NCBI GenBank assembly: GCA_022601195.1
Contig: JAHZIX010000041.1
Span: forward strand, 102,668 to 166,667
Direction of reading: 5' to 3'
Length of the DNA: 64,000 nucleotides
Source: Deltaproteobacteria bacterium
Lineage (GTDB): Bacteria; Acidobacteriota; Thermoanaerobaculia; Multivoradales; JAHZIX01
In this document: positions 1 through 9,384 of the stretch, in pieces
How positions within the stretch are numbered: position 1 is the first letter of the stretch
Layout: each line of letters starts with the position of its first letter
Program-made: the position numbers and the translations under genes
Notes under the pieces: model-generated
Database searches by the model: none
What the model saw: only the letters and a program-made list of their open reading frames with translations
What the model was told of the DNA's origin: nothing

Positions 1-1
1 C

Positions 2-316
2 TACTTACTCAAGGACGAGCCGGCCTCGCGCATCCTCTCTGCTATCCGCTGCGCCGCTCGAGGGAAGAAGAGACGGCTCAGCCCAGCTGTTCATGAAAAG
101 TTAGAAGAAATCGAGGTAGAACCGCTGACCGCTCGGGAAGGCGAGATCGTCGCTCTCCTCGCCGATGGCCAATCCCTTCACGAGATCGCTTCCCTGCTTC
201 GCATCTCTATTCGGACCGTCCGCAACCACCTCAATAACATTTATAGCAAGCTGGATCTTCACAGCCAGACGGAGCTCGTCGCCTGGGCTTGGCGCACCGG
301 AACTTGTGGCCCCTGA
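2..316 (+). CDS. NarL/FixJ (LuxR-type HTH) response regulator, C-terminal part; 5' end lies outside the window
   Basis: Manual translation of frame 2 (no Met in window, so absent from the ORF track): ...YLLKDEPASRILSAIRCAARGKKRRLSPAVHEKLEEIEVEPLTAREGEIVALLADGQSLHEIASLLRISIRTVRNHLNNIYSKLDLHSQTELVAWAWRTGTCGP*. The GerE/LuxR HTH signature (LTxRExEVL...G.S..EIA..L.IS..TV..H..NI..KL) is preceded by a receiver-domain end (YLLKD). Stop TGA at 314-316. Confidence 0.7.
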   Translation, partial: YLLKDEPASRILSAIRCAARGKKRRLSPAVHEKLEEIEVEPLTAREGEIVALLADGQSLHEIASLLRISIRTVRNHLNNIYSKLDLHSQTELVAWAWRTGTCGP

Positions 317-333
317 GCTGAAGCTCCCAACAC

Positions 334-408
334 TGGCAGAACCGGAACTGGCAGAACCGGAACTGGCAGAACCGGAACTGGCAGAACCGGAACTGGCAGA
401 ACCGGAAT
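334..408. repeat. 15-bp tandem repeat (ctggcagaaccggaa) x5, intergenic
   Basis: Five near-perfect head-to-tail copies visible directly in the sequence, with degenerate copies flanking. Lies between the LuxR-type gene stop (316) and the next start (471). Confidence 0.9.
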
Positions 409-470
409 CGCTCTCCTGTAGACTCGGTGCCGGTCCTGGTTTATCTCGGCCGGTAGCGGATTGAGTACCC

Positions 471-1376
471 ATGAGCGACTATTGGATTATCTTCCTCGAC
501 GGTTATCGGAACTACGCTCACTATCTTTGGGGTGAGCTGACCCAGTTCCGGCTCCACAACTACTTCTTGTGGCTGCTGGGCCTATCGCTTTTCTTTTTCC
601 TGCTGGAAGTCCTGCGGCCTTGGAGACCTGAGCAAGCGAAATTCCGCAAAGATTTTTGGCTCGATGCCTTCTATATGGTCTTCAATTTCTTTCTTTTCTC
701 CCTCGTGATCTACAACGCAGCTTCCGACGTTTTCGTTCAGCTCTTCAAGGATCTGCTGGGGCAAGTAGGTCTTCGCAATTTGGTCGCCATTGAGGTAGGT
801 GGATGGCCCGTTTGGGCACAGCTTCTGACCCTCTTCCTGGTCAGAGATTTCGTGCAATGGAACGTTCACCGCCTACTCCACCGAGTCCCCTTCCTGTGGG
901 AATTTCACAAGGTGCACCACTCCGTGGAGGAGATGGGGTTCGCCGCTCACCTGCGGTACCACTGGATGGAGAACGTGGTCTATCGGTGCCTGGAGTACCT
1001 GCCCTTGGCCATGATCGGCTTTGGTATCGATGATTTCTTTGTGGTCCACATCTTCACTCTCGCCGTGGGCCACTTCAACCACTCCAATCTCAGGATTCCC
1101 CTGGGGCCCTTGCGGTATCTCTTCAACAATCCCCAGATGCACATCTGGCACCACGCCAAACATCTTCCCCAGGAACATCCCCACGGGATGAATTTCGGTC
1201 TGACTCTCAGTATCTGGGACTACCTTTTCGGAACCGCCTCGATCCCCCATGAAGGGAGAGATATCGAGCTGGGCTTTCCTGGGGACGATGGCTTTCCAAA
1301 GGGGTTCCTTGGCCAGAGCCTCCACGGCTTGGGACCTCAAGAGCGTGGGGATCCAGGACATCCCCCCCATCCCTAG
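471..1376 (+). CDS. fatty acid hydroxylase / sterol desaturase-family membrane protein
   Basis: 301 aa, multiple TM segments and three His boxes (HRLLH, HKVHH, HIWHH) typical of the di-iron membrane hydroxylase/desaturase superfamily. Confidence 0.75.
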   Translation: MSDYWIIFLDGYRNYAHYLWGELTQFRLHNYFLWLLGLSLFFFLLEVLRPWRPEQAKFRKDFWLDAFYMVFNFFLFSLVIYNAASDVFVQLFKDLLGQVGLRNLVAIEVGGWPVWAQLLTLFLVRDFVQWNVHRLLHRVPFLWEFHKVHHSVEEMGFAAHLRYHWMENVVYRCLEYLPLAMIGFGIDDFFVVHIFTLAVGHFNHSNLRIPLGPLRYLFNNPQMHIWHHAKHLPQEHPHGMNFGLTLSIWDYLFGTASIPHEGRDIELGFPGDDGFPKGFLGQSLHGLGPQERGDPGHPPHP

Positions 1377-1480
1377 GGGCCCCCTGGGAACGCATGGGGT
1401 CCGCAGGAGGTACAGATGCGCTACAGTCGAGCTTCCACATTGCCGACTGAACAAAGGCGGCGGAGAAAAGGAATGACAAC

Positions 1481-4135
1481 TTGACCGACGCACCAGCCAA
1501 CGTATCCTCCGCCCTACAACCGGGTAGCCACACTGGGCCTACGAACGATGGGCCGACGAGCGACGGGCCACCGAGCGATGGCCCGCCCCGATTGGTCGAC
1601 CGCATCCCGGATGGAGGAACCCGTGACCCAGACCTCATGCTCGACCTATTCTTGGAGTGGGCGGGGGATCTGGGGTTCTCCCTCTACCCCGCCCAGGAGG
1701 AAGCTCTCTTGGAGCTCATGGCTGGCCGCCACGTCATTCTCAATACTCCTACCGGCTCCGGCAAATCTCTGGTAGCAACAGGTTTACATTTCAAGGGGCT
1801 GTGCGAACAGAAACGGTCTTTTTACACCTCCCCCATCAAAGCTCTCGCTAGTGAAAAGTTCTTTGCTCTATGCGACGACTTCGGAGCCGAGAACGTCGGC
1901 ATGTTGACCGGCGATGCCAGCATCAACCCACAGGCCACCATCATCTGCTGCACGGCGGAAGTCCTTTCCAACATGGTGCTGCGCAAGGGTGAAGGTGCGG
2001 ATGCCCCCTATGTGGTGATGGACGAATTTCACTACTATGCGGACCGAGATCGCGGTGCCGCCTGGCAGATCCCCCTCATCACCCTCGAGAGCACGAAGTT
2101 CCTCCTCATGTCGGCAACTTTGGGAAACACGTCGCGCATCGAGCAATACCTCGCGGAACAGACCACCTCCGAAGTCTCCTTGGTGCGGTCCGACGATCGT
2201 CCCGTTCCCCTCGACTTCGAGTACCGCCAGACACCGCTTCACGAGACGGTCCAACGCCTCCTCGACCAGGGCAAGTCCCCCATCTATATCGTCAACTTCA
2301 CCCAGCGGGAATGCGCGGAGCTGGCACAAAGTCTGACCAGCATGCAAATCACCACCAAGGAGGAAAAACGCGCCGTTTTAGACGCCCTCAAGGGGTTCCG
2401 CTTCGACACTAGCTATGGCAAAGAGATGAGGCGCTTCCTCACCTTCGGAATAGCCGTGCACCACGCTGGCCTGTTGCCCAAATACCGGCTCCTGGTGGAA
2501 CAACTCTCCCAACAAAGTTTGCTGAAGGTGATTTGCGGCACGGATACCTTGGGAGTCGGCGTCAATATCCCGATTCGCACGGTCCTGTTCACCAAGCTGT
2601 GTAAATACGATGGTTCCGAGACCAAAATCCTCTCGGTGCGCGACTTCAAACAGATTTCTGGTCGGGCTGGCCGCAAGGGGTTCGACGACCGAGGCAGCGT
2701 GGTGTGCCAGGCACCGGAACATGTCATCGAAAATCTCCGTTTGGTGCAGAAGGCTGCCAAGAGTGGCAAGAAGAAAATCGTCCGCCGCAAACCGCCGCAG
2801 CGAGGTTATGTCCATTGGGACGAACAAACCTTCCAGGGTTTGATCGAGAAACCTCCGGAGACCTTGAAACCTAGCTTCCGCCTCACCCATGGCATGGTCT
2901 TCAACCTGATCCAGCGGGACGCCGATAGCGACGCTTCCAACGACAACTTCACTTCCTTGCGAGAGCTCTTGAAGCGTTGCCACGAAGACGATGCCAGCAA
3001 GAAGCGCCTGTTCTCCGAAGCCGCTGTCCTGGTTCGCTCCCTGTACCGGGCCGATGTCATTCAAACCGCCCGGGACACCCAATCAAACTACCTGTGGGTG
3101 GTGGTCAACGAGGACCTGCAGTGGGATTTCTCTCTCTTTCATACCCTGGCCTTGTTCCTGGTGGAAATCCTCGAAGCCCAGAATCCGGACAAGCCGGACT
3201 ATGCCCTGGACGTGATGAGTCAGGTGGAAGCCATTCTCGAGAACCCTCAGATCATCTTGCGCAAGCAAGCGGATCGTCTCAAGGGTGAGCTGATAGCTCT
3301 GCTCAAGGCCGAAGGAGTGCCCTACGAGGAGAGAATGGAGCGCCTCGAAGAGGTCACTCACCCCAAGCCCAACGCCGATCAGCTCTACGATGCCTTCAAT
3401 TCCTTTCGAGAGCTCCACCCTTGGGTGCGGGGAGAGGCGGTCAAGCCCAAGTCCATCGGCCGGGAGATTTTCGAAAACTACATGAGCTTCGCGGACTTCA
3501 TCCGCCGCTATGGCCTGCAGCGTTCTGAAGGCCTTCTACTGCGATACCTGAGTCAGCTCTACAAAACTCTCGACCAAACGGTGCCGGAGAAGGCCAAAGA
3601 CGAGGCTATCTACGACATTCTGGGGTTTTTCCGAGCCATGTTGGAGCGTATCGACAACAGTCTGATCGAAGAATGGCAGAGCCTGCTCCACCCGGAATTG
3701 CGCCTGGCCTCCCAGGAAGAACGGCAGGAAGCCCAACAGAAAGTAGCTTTCTACGAGCTACTCCACGACTCCAAGGTCTTCGCTGCCCGGGTGCGGGCCG
3801 AGATGCACCAATTGGTGCGCGAGCTGGCGAAGGGCAACTGGGAAGAGGCAGCATTGTGTGTCGTCCAGGAAACCGAAGATCCCTGGCCGGCGGAGCGCTT
3901 CGAAGCCGCCCTCACCCCCTTCTTGGAAGAGTACGACCAGATCGTCTTTACCCCGGATGCCCGCCAAGCTCGCCTCACCACGATCACCCGGACCTCCGAG
4001 CGCGTGTGGAAGGTCGCCCAGGTCCTCCTCGACCCAGAGGAAGACAACCTCTGGTGTATCGAAGCAGAAGTCGACCTCAGCGACCCGGAGCACCTAGAAG
4101 GCCTGCTCCTCCGGCCGCGACGAATCGGGCTGTAG
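1481..4135 (+). CDS. Ski2/Lhr-like DEAD/DEAH-box helicase with long C-terminal domain (DUF3516-like)
   Basis: TTG start. Walker A NTPTGSGKS, DEFH box (VVMDEFHYY), SAT motif (MSATLGN), HHAGLLP motif and GRAGRKG motif VI. The ~400-aa C-terminal extension is of unknown function. The N-terminus carries a GPTND/GPTSD/GPPSD repeat. Confidence 0.85.
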   Translation: MTDAPANVSSALQPGSHTGPTNDGPTSDGPPSDGPPRLVDRIPDGGTRDPDLMLDLFLEWAGDLGFSLYPAQEEALLELMAGRHVILNTPTGSGKSLVATGLHFKGLCEQKRSFYTSPIKALASEKFFALCDDFGAENVGMLTGDASINPQATIICCTAEVLSNMVLRKGEGADAPYVVMDEFHYYADRDRGAAWQIPLITLESTKFLLMSATLGNTSRIEQYLAEQTTSEVSLVRSDDRPVPLDFEYRQTPLHETVQRLLDQGKSPIYIVNFTQRECAELAQSLTSMQITTKEEKRAVLDALKGFRFDTSYGKEMRRFLTFGIAVHHAGLLPKYRLLVEQLSQQSLLKVICGTDTLGVGVNIPIRTVLFTKLCKYDGSETKILSVRDFKQISGRAGRKGFDDRGSVVCQAPEHVIENLRLVQKAAKSGKKKIVRRKPPQRGYVHWDEQTFQGLIEKPPETLKPSFRLTHGMVFNLIQRDADSDASNDNFTSLRELLKRCHEDDASKKRLFSEAAVLVRSLYRADVIQTARDTQSNYLWVVVNEDLQWDFSLFHTLALFLVEILEAQNPDKPDYALDVMSQVEAILENPQIILRKQADRLKGELIALLKAEGVPYEERMERLEEVTHPKPNADQLYDAFNSFRELHPWVRGEAVKPKSIGREIFENYMSFADFIRRYGLQRSEGLLLRYLSQLYKTLDQTVPEKAKDEAIYDILGFFRAMLERIDNSLIEEWQSLLHPELRLASQEERQEAQQKVAFYELLHDSKVFAARVRAEMHQLVRELAKGNWEEAALCVVQETEDPWPAERFEAALTPFLEEYDQIVFTPDARQARLTTITRTSERVWKVAQVLLDPEEDNLWCIEAEVDLSDPEHLEGLLLRPRRIGL
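1535..1579 (+). repeat. 15-bp in-frame tandem repeat x3 inside helicase N-terminus (encodes GPTND-GPTSD-GPPSD)
   Basis: Imperfect copies gggcctacgaacgat / gggccgacgagcgac / gggccaccgagcgat. Confidence 0.8.
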
Positions 4136-4152
4136 GAGCCGATGCTCTTCTG

Positions 4153-7100
4153 TTAGCCACACGGATTGCAATCGTCATCATCATCGTCGTCATCCCCTTC
4201 CTGCACGGGAAACTCAATGACACCCAGATCCGTGGTTCCACCAGCCACCGGGGGCACCGGGATCCCGATAGTGGACGTCACCAAGCCTTCCAGTCGCTGC
4301 GCCTCGGCGGCTCCAAATAGATCGCCATCAAGGGCTGGGAAGCTGCCAACGGAGAAAGCCCCACCGATTCCACTGGTCGTGGCGAATAGGTCGAAGTCGG
4401 AAGACACGCTCACTTCCGCGCCCACAATGGCTTCACCGAAATCGTCCTGAACCAGTCCTGTCACTGAAGTCCCAGGATCACCAGGGGGAGCGGCTGTTAG
4501 AACGAGAGTTCCTGCCGGTGTAGGTCCTCCTAGGATCGGCAAGAGTGGCACTGGGGTCTTGGCCCGGGAAGGAGTCCCATCCACCGTCGCGAAGGCGGCA
4601 ACATATAAGTGCAAGAAGGAGGTGCCGCCGGCAACGGGATCGGTACGCGTCGCGATCCGAGGCAACTGGAAGCTCCCATCGGCTGCTGAGATGGTCTCTT
4701 CCTTCACGAAGCGATTGTGGACACGTACCAAAGCTCCAGCGACCGGATTCCCGAGCTCATCTTCCACAACTCCGGTCACTTCCGTGCCGGGCACAGCGAA
4801 GTCCAGGCCGATGATCCCGATATCCACGATGCCACCCGGGTTCGGGAGTACGAGATCACTCACGGTTCCGGAGAAGGGATCTCCTCCGATCATCGCCGTT
4901 GCTTCCACCAGCAGATCACCCTCGTTGGTGGGAACCCCCGTGACGAGAAAGCTACCTTCGCTTGTTGTCGAGTCGGTACGGATCGTCGGACCCGAAGTGC
5001 CCACCGTTACCAGAGCGCCGATAACCGGTACTCCCACTGGATCGACGACGATCCCGGAAACGCTAGTCAGCGGATCGGCGACCACCGTCACGTCCACTGT
5101 TTCTGAAGCCGTCTCCTGCCCCGCCGTATCCCGAGCCGCCACGTGAATAGTGAACGGGCTACCAACAGCAGGGGCCGTGAAGGGACGCTGCCACGGCGGA
5201 CCTTCATTGGCGATGGCCTCGAAGGACCCATTGACGTAGAACAAGACGGCATCCACGCCGAGGTCGTCCGCTGCTCCAGCCAAAACACGGATCTGAGTTC
5301 CTTCCACCACCTCCGTCCCAGCTGTGGGCTCCAGCACCACCGCTTCCGGGGAAAAATCCTGCAGTACATTGAAGGTAACTGGCTCCGAGACGGTCTGTTG
5401 CCCAACATCATCGAAGGCTACCGCCGTCACCGTACGTTGCGGTAGATCGTCCGGCACGTCGTAGCCCAAGCGATACGGTGCCTCCAGATCGGAACCGACC
5501 AGGACACCATCCACCTGGAATTCCACCCGATCGATGGTGCCATTGTCCGCAGCTTCTGCCACGAGCACGATGAGGGCCAGCTCCGGCACCGTCTGCCCGG
5601 TGTAGGGAGACCGGACCGCTACCGTCGGGAAGTCATCTGGGTCGATGGGGACCACGACCGGCTCCGAAGTGGCAACGTTGCCACCAGCGTCCCGAGCGAT
5701 CGCGTGGAAGATGATATCCGGCTGCCCTACCGGCACGATCGTCTCTGCCTCGAAGGGGGACAGAAAGTCTTCGCCCAGAGACACTCCGTCGGCAAACAAT
5801 TCGACCGAACGAACAAGAATGTCGTCTTCCGCCTCGGCACGAACCCGGATGCGCTCACGCTCCGGTAGCAGCACCGAGTCATCCGGCGCGACAATCGCCA
5901 CCGTAGGCGCGATACCTGCCGTGTCGTTTGGCAAGATGTAACGCCCGATATGGAGACCGCCGTCGCCGTAATACCAATGGCGAGCCAGCAGGTAGACAAG
6001 GCCATCTTCCACCACCACATCCTGTCCGTTGTCGGCCCGAAAGCTTGGTGCTCCCGAGAAATCCAGCACCTCACTGAAAATCGGATCGCCATTGCCCAGT
6101 CGAAAGATCGGCACCGCGTTACGGAAAAGATAGTCCGCTGCCAGAGCCAATCCGTTCTCGTCTACTGTCACCTTGTTGAGCCCAAAGGCATTGCTCGTCG
6201 TTCCGGTAACGACGGGAGTGTTCGGAGTGCTCCAATCCACCACCCGCAACCCGCCCAGGGTTCGAGGTGATCCGCCGTCAGCGACCACTACCTGGTGGTC
6301 CACGAGCGCCAAACCGGATGAGCGTGAACGACCATTGGGACGCAGGTGAGTCTCGCCAACGATCTCCGGACTAGTGGGATCGGAAATATCCACCACTCGC
6401 AATCCACTGGCACCGACCGCCACCAGCACACTATCCCCAGAAATAGCCACATCTTGAACCAACGTTGACAACGAGACCGAGCCTTGCAGCACCGGAGCTA
6501 CTGGATTCGTTACATCGTAGATAGCGAGCGAGTCCACATTACCGAGGACAGCCAGAGCACCTTCCATAGCAACAGACATGGCAAACATCCCCGGTGGGCT
6601 CGAAGCGGACAGCTGAACGAGGCTACTGGGGTTCGAAGCGTCCGCGATCACCAAGCCAGCTTCACCTGCTGCCAGAAAGAGCAGACTATTGGACACCGTG
6701 ACATCCCGCACTGGAGCCGAGCTACTGCTGCCGGCAGCCGTAGGAAAGAAGGTCGAGAGGAGGAACGGTACTTCTGGGTCGGCCACATCCACCGCCTTGA
6801 CACCAGCCAGGTCCATCGCCGCGTAGACGATATTTCCATCGAGAGCGAGGGCCCGTGCACGACCGGAAAGCGGTAGGTAGGAGAGAGCTGTCGGCGAGAA
6901 ACTCACGACTTCTACAGTCGCCTGAGCGGAAAAGCCATTGTTCCCGGCGGTAACCGTTGTCGCCCCGTCCAAACCTGCAAAAACCCTCCCAGGGTCCGCT
7001 CCAAAGTTTGCTACGGTCAAGTCCTCGGAAGAGTACGTCGTGCCATAGGGGCCTGCGGTGATGTCGAGACGCGTGCCATCAATGAGATGGCCGGTCACGA

Positions 7101-8067
7101 CGAGTTGCCGTGAAGCATCCCCGAGAACCGCGTTGAAAAATATCTGGAAGACATCAGGGGCTACAGTGATCGAAGAGAGCGCTGCCGCCAGGTTGAAACT
7201 GGCTCCGTCCAAAGGGTCGCTACCCGTCTGGATCTCTAAACCATCGGAAAGACCATCGCCATCCGTGTCGAAAAGCAGCGGATGAGTTCCATGGATGACC
7301 ACCTCTTCGCCGTCCTTGAGGCCATCACCGTCGGTATCGGCATCGAAAGGGTCGAGACCTCTCTGGAACTCCTCCAGGGTCGAAAGCCCATCGGCATCCG
7401 GATCGAGGAAGGCATCTCCGGGGTCATTGGGGTCGAGCCCGTTTGCCAGTTCGTAGTCATCGGGGAGGCCGTCGCCGTCGGTATCACCGGAGGTCACAAC
7501 GGTCACTTGTAAAAGAGCGAGAGCGCCTTCGTTGGAGGCACTGATGAGACCGATCCCGCTGCTCACCGCTTGTACCAGGCCATCGGCACTCACAGTCACA
7601 ATCGCTGGATTGCTGGTGCGGTACAAGGTACCTGCCGTGGCGGCGGTCAGATCCCGGGTGGAGCTATCGGAATACTCCCCTGAGGTCTGGAGCTGTACCG
7701 TCTCGCCAATTTGCGACAGGGCCGTATTCGGCGCAGTCAGAGTCAATTCTCGAGGGATCGGTTCGGGCGCATCGAAAACGATGTCCGCGACTTGGATCAC
7801 TCCATTTGCCGGCACGTCGACGAAATTTGACTGTCCGGAAGTAACTACACCATCTCGAATGCAAGTCGCTCTCAAGCGTACCCGTCCGGCGCTTGCCGGT
7901 ACGTTGGGAAGCACCCAGGTTCCGTCCGGCTCTACCGGAGCCGTCCGATTGAGCGCACTGACGATGCAGGATTCATCGAGTTGAGCCTGGGCAGAAAAAG
8001 AGGCTACCAGTAGACCCAATCCAACCACCCCTCGAATGAGACGATTCCGAGACTTCTGAGTACTCAT
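4153..8067 (-). CDS. giant secreted multidomain protein (Ig-like, TSP3-like Ca-binding repeats, LVIVD repeats, carboxypeptidase-regulatory-like domains) with poly-Asp C-terminus
   Basis: Start re-set to ATG at 8067: RBS GGGAG lies 7 nt upstream and the encoded signal peptide is MSTQKSRNRLIRGVVGLGLLVASFSAQAQ. LVIVD-type repeats present (LVIADASNPSSL, LAIYDVTNPVAP, LRVVDISDPTSP, LRVVDWSTPNTP). D-x-D-x-DG-x-x-D calcium-type repeats present (DTDGDGLPDDYE, DADTDGDGLKDGEE, DTDGDGLSDGLE). C-terminus reads ...EGDDDDDDDDCNPCG*. Confidence 0.8.
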   Translation of the reverse strand: MSTQKSRNRLIRGVVGLGLLVASFSAQAQLDESCIVSALNRTAPVEPDGTWVLPNVPASAGRVRLRATCIRDGVVTSGQSNFVDVPANGVIQVADIVFDAPEPIPRELTLTAPNTALSQIGETVQLQTSGEYSDSSTRDLTAATAGTLYRTSNPAIVTVSADGLVQAVSSGIGLISASNEGALALLQVTVVTSGDTDGDGLPDDYELANGLDPNDPGDAFLDPDADGLSTLEEFQRGLDPFDADTDGDGLKDGEEVVIHGTHPLLFDTDGDGLSDGLEIQTGSDPLDGASFNLAAALSSITVAPDVFQIFFNAVLGDASRQLVVTGHLIDGTRLDITAGPYGTTYSSEDLTVANFGADPGRVFAGLDGATTVTAGNNGFSAQATVEVVSFSPTALSYLPLSGRARALALDGNIVYAAMDLAGVKAVDVADPEVPFLLSTFFPTAAGSSSSAPVRDVTVSNSLLFLAAGEAGLVIADASNPSSLVQLSASSPPGMFAMSVAMEGALAVLGNVDSLAIYDVTNPVAPVLQGSVSLSTLVQDVAISGDSVLVAVGASGLRVVDISDPTSPEIVGETHLRPNGRSRSSGLALVDHQVVVADGGSPRTLGGLRVVDWSTPNTPVVTGTTSNAFGLNKVTVDENGLALAADYLFRNAVPIFRLGNGDPIFSEVLDFSGAPSFRADNGQDVVVEDGLVYLLARHWYYGDGGLHIGRYILPNDTAGIAPTVAIVAPDDSVLLPERERIRVRAEAEDDILVRSVELFADGVSLGEDFLSPFEAETIVPVGQPDIIFHAIARDAGGNVATSEPVVVPIDPDDFPTVAVRSPYTGQTVPELALIVLVAEAADNGTIDRVEFQVDGVLVGSDLEAPYRLGYDVPDDLPQRTVTAVAFDDVGQQTVSEPVTFNVLQDFSPEAVVLEPTAGTEVVEGTQIRVLAGAADDLGVDAVLFYVNGSFEAIANEGPPWQRPFTAPAVGSPFTIHVAARDTAGQETASETVDVTVVADPLTSVSGIVVDPVGVPVIGALVTVGTSGPTIRTDSTTSEGSFLVTGVPTNEGDLLVEATAMIGGDPFSGTVSDLVLPNPGGIVDIGIIGLDFAVPGTEVTGVVEDELGNPVAGALVRVHNRFVKEETISAADGSFQLPRIATRTDPVAGGTSFLHLYVAAFATVDGTPSRAKTPVPLLPILGGPTPAGTLVLTAAPPGDPGTSVTGLVQDDFGEAIVGAEVSVSSDFDLFATTSGIGGAFSVGSFPALDGDLFGAAEAQRLEGLVTSTIGIPVPPVAGGTTDLGVIEFPVQEGDDDDDDDDCNPCG

Positions 8068-8353
8068 AGGCTCCCTGATCTCCCCGCTGAAACCTTCACG
8101 ACGATTCGCCTCCCCACCGAGAAAGAAGAAGGCGAGGTTGGCAAACGCAAGAGCCGATCCAACTTGATCCATCAACCTGGTTGTACAGTGCATCTACCTC
8201 GAGTGACCTCACGGCTCGATCCATCAAGGTTGCTTGCACAGAAAAAGGTCCTATTGCGACCGTCACGAGGCCCGGTGTCGCTACCATCCCCTGACGTTGG
8301 CACCTCGTCCCTCGAGGCCCCCTTTTCCAAATGTTCACCACCGTACCCACCTT

Positions 8354-9340
8354 TTACCCCGCAGGCCCCTTGCGGGCCTCGCCAACTTTCTCTAACGGTT
8401 CGATGGTAGGCCCGTTCTGGCTATCCTTCGGGGAAGAAGACGAACCCGCACAAGGGTCCTCGGCTGCTTTTCTTGGCTCCGCCCATTCGGGATACAAACC
8501 AGCCTGTAGTGCTGTCTTGGGATCGACTCCCACTGCCATGAGACGACCATAGGTCCAATTTCGTGCTTTCAAGCCCTGGACAGCCACGACTTCCAAAGAA
8601 GGAGTTCCGGGCATAGCGAACTCGCCAGCAGCTATTCTCCGGAGAACATCTTCTGCTTGAGAGCCTTCGATCTCCGAGATCCCTTCCACTGCCCAACGGC
8701 GAACCTGCGCGGAAGCCTCTTCCTCTGCAACTTGGAGGGCAGCCGTAAGGGCATCCAACCGACTCGGATGCTGCTTGAGCAGTCGGACCTTCCAAGTGCA
8801 CACCTTGGCCTGAAGCCCCGCGTCCGACTTGCGATAGTCGAAATAGACTTTCCGGATGAGGGGCAAGGCTTCTTCTACCCCAAGGCTGCAGAGTTCGTCG
8901 GCCGCCCAGCGCCGAGCCCTCTTCGCAGCAAATTCCTCGTAAGAGAAAGTGAGCAGCCGCGTCAGCTCTTCGATCCGTTCCGGCTCACTTTGAAGCTCTT
9001 GCACTCCAACTCTGGCGAACTCTTTTAGAATTGCGCTTCTCAGCAGCCTGATGTCTGGATCCTCGGAAGCTTGGCGAGCTAGACCTAGAAAGTAGGCCCG
9101 CTCGTTGAACTGGTGCTGAGCCCTCAAAAGCTGGCCGAGCTTCTCGACAGCATACTCACGGGCATGAAGCTTCTTCCCGGAGTCCTCGATGAGACCTTGC
9201 AGCTCTTGAATGTTCTGTTGAAGCTTGCCCTCACAGAAGGCACGCTCATACAACACATCTACCTCTTGCTTATGGGGATCAATCAAGCCAGCTCGCCCAT
9301 GGCAGGGCAACCCGCACACCAAGAAGAGCGCCACTGCCAT
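8354..9340 (-). CDS. hypothetical protein (alpha-helical, HEAT-like) encoded between the two giant secreted-protein genes
   Basis: Long ORF. Start placed at the internal ATG at 9340, giving N-terminus MAVALFLVCGLPCHGRAGL. This avoids a 96-nt overlap with the upstream gene, but the start is uncertain. No recognisable catalytic motif. Confidence 0.5.
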   Translation of the reverse strand: MAVALFLVCGLPCHGRAGLIDPHKQEVDVLYERAFCEGKLQQNIQELQGLIEDSGKKLHAREYAVEKLGQLLRAQHQFNERAYFLGLARQASEDPDIRLLRSAILKEFARVGVQELQSEPERIEELTRLLTFSYEEFAAKRARRWAADELCSLGVEEALPLIRKVYFDYRKSDAGLQAKVCTWKVRLLKQHPSRLDALTAALQVAEEEASAQVRRWAVEGISEIEGSQAEDVLRRIAAGEFAMPGTPSLEVVAVQGLKARNWTYGRLMAVGVDPKTALQAGLYPEWAEPRKAAEDPCAGSSSSPKDSQNGPTIEPLEKVGEARKGPAG

Positions 9341-9384
9341 CACTACAATCCATCGAATATTCGTCACCAGTTGATCCCTTTGAC

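Noticed and set aside
165-464. ORF translating the 15-bp tandem repeat as (PELAE)n / (SGSAS)n
   Set aside because: The repeat is better explained as non-coding intergenic slippage between two well-supported genes; no start context or flanking domain.
873-1638. Minus-strand ORFs 873..1493 and 1207..1638
   Set aside because: Antisense to the desaturase-family gene and helicase 5' end; proline/glycine-rich translations typical of GC-rich antisense frames.
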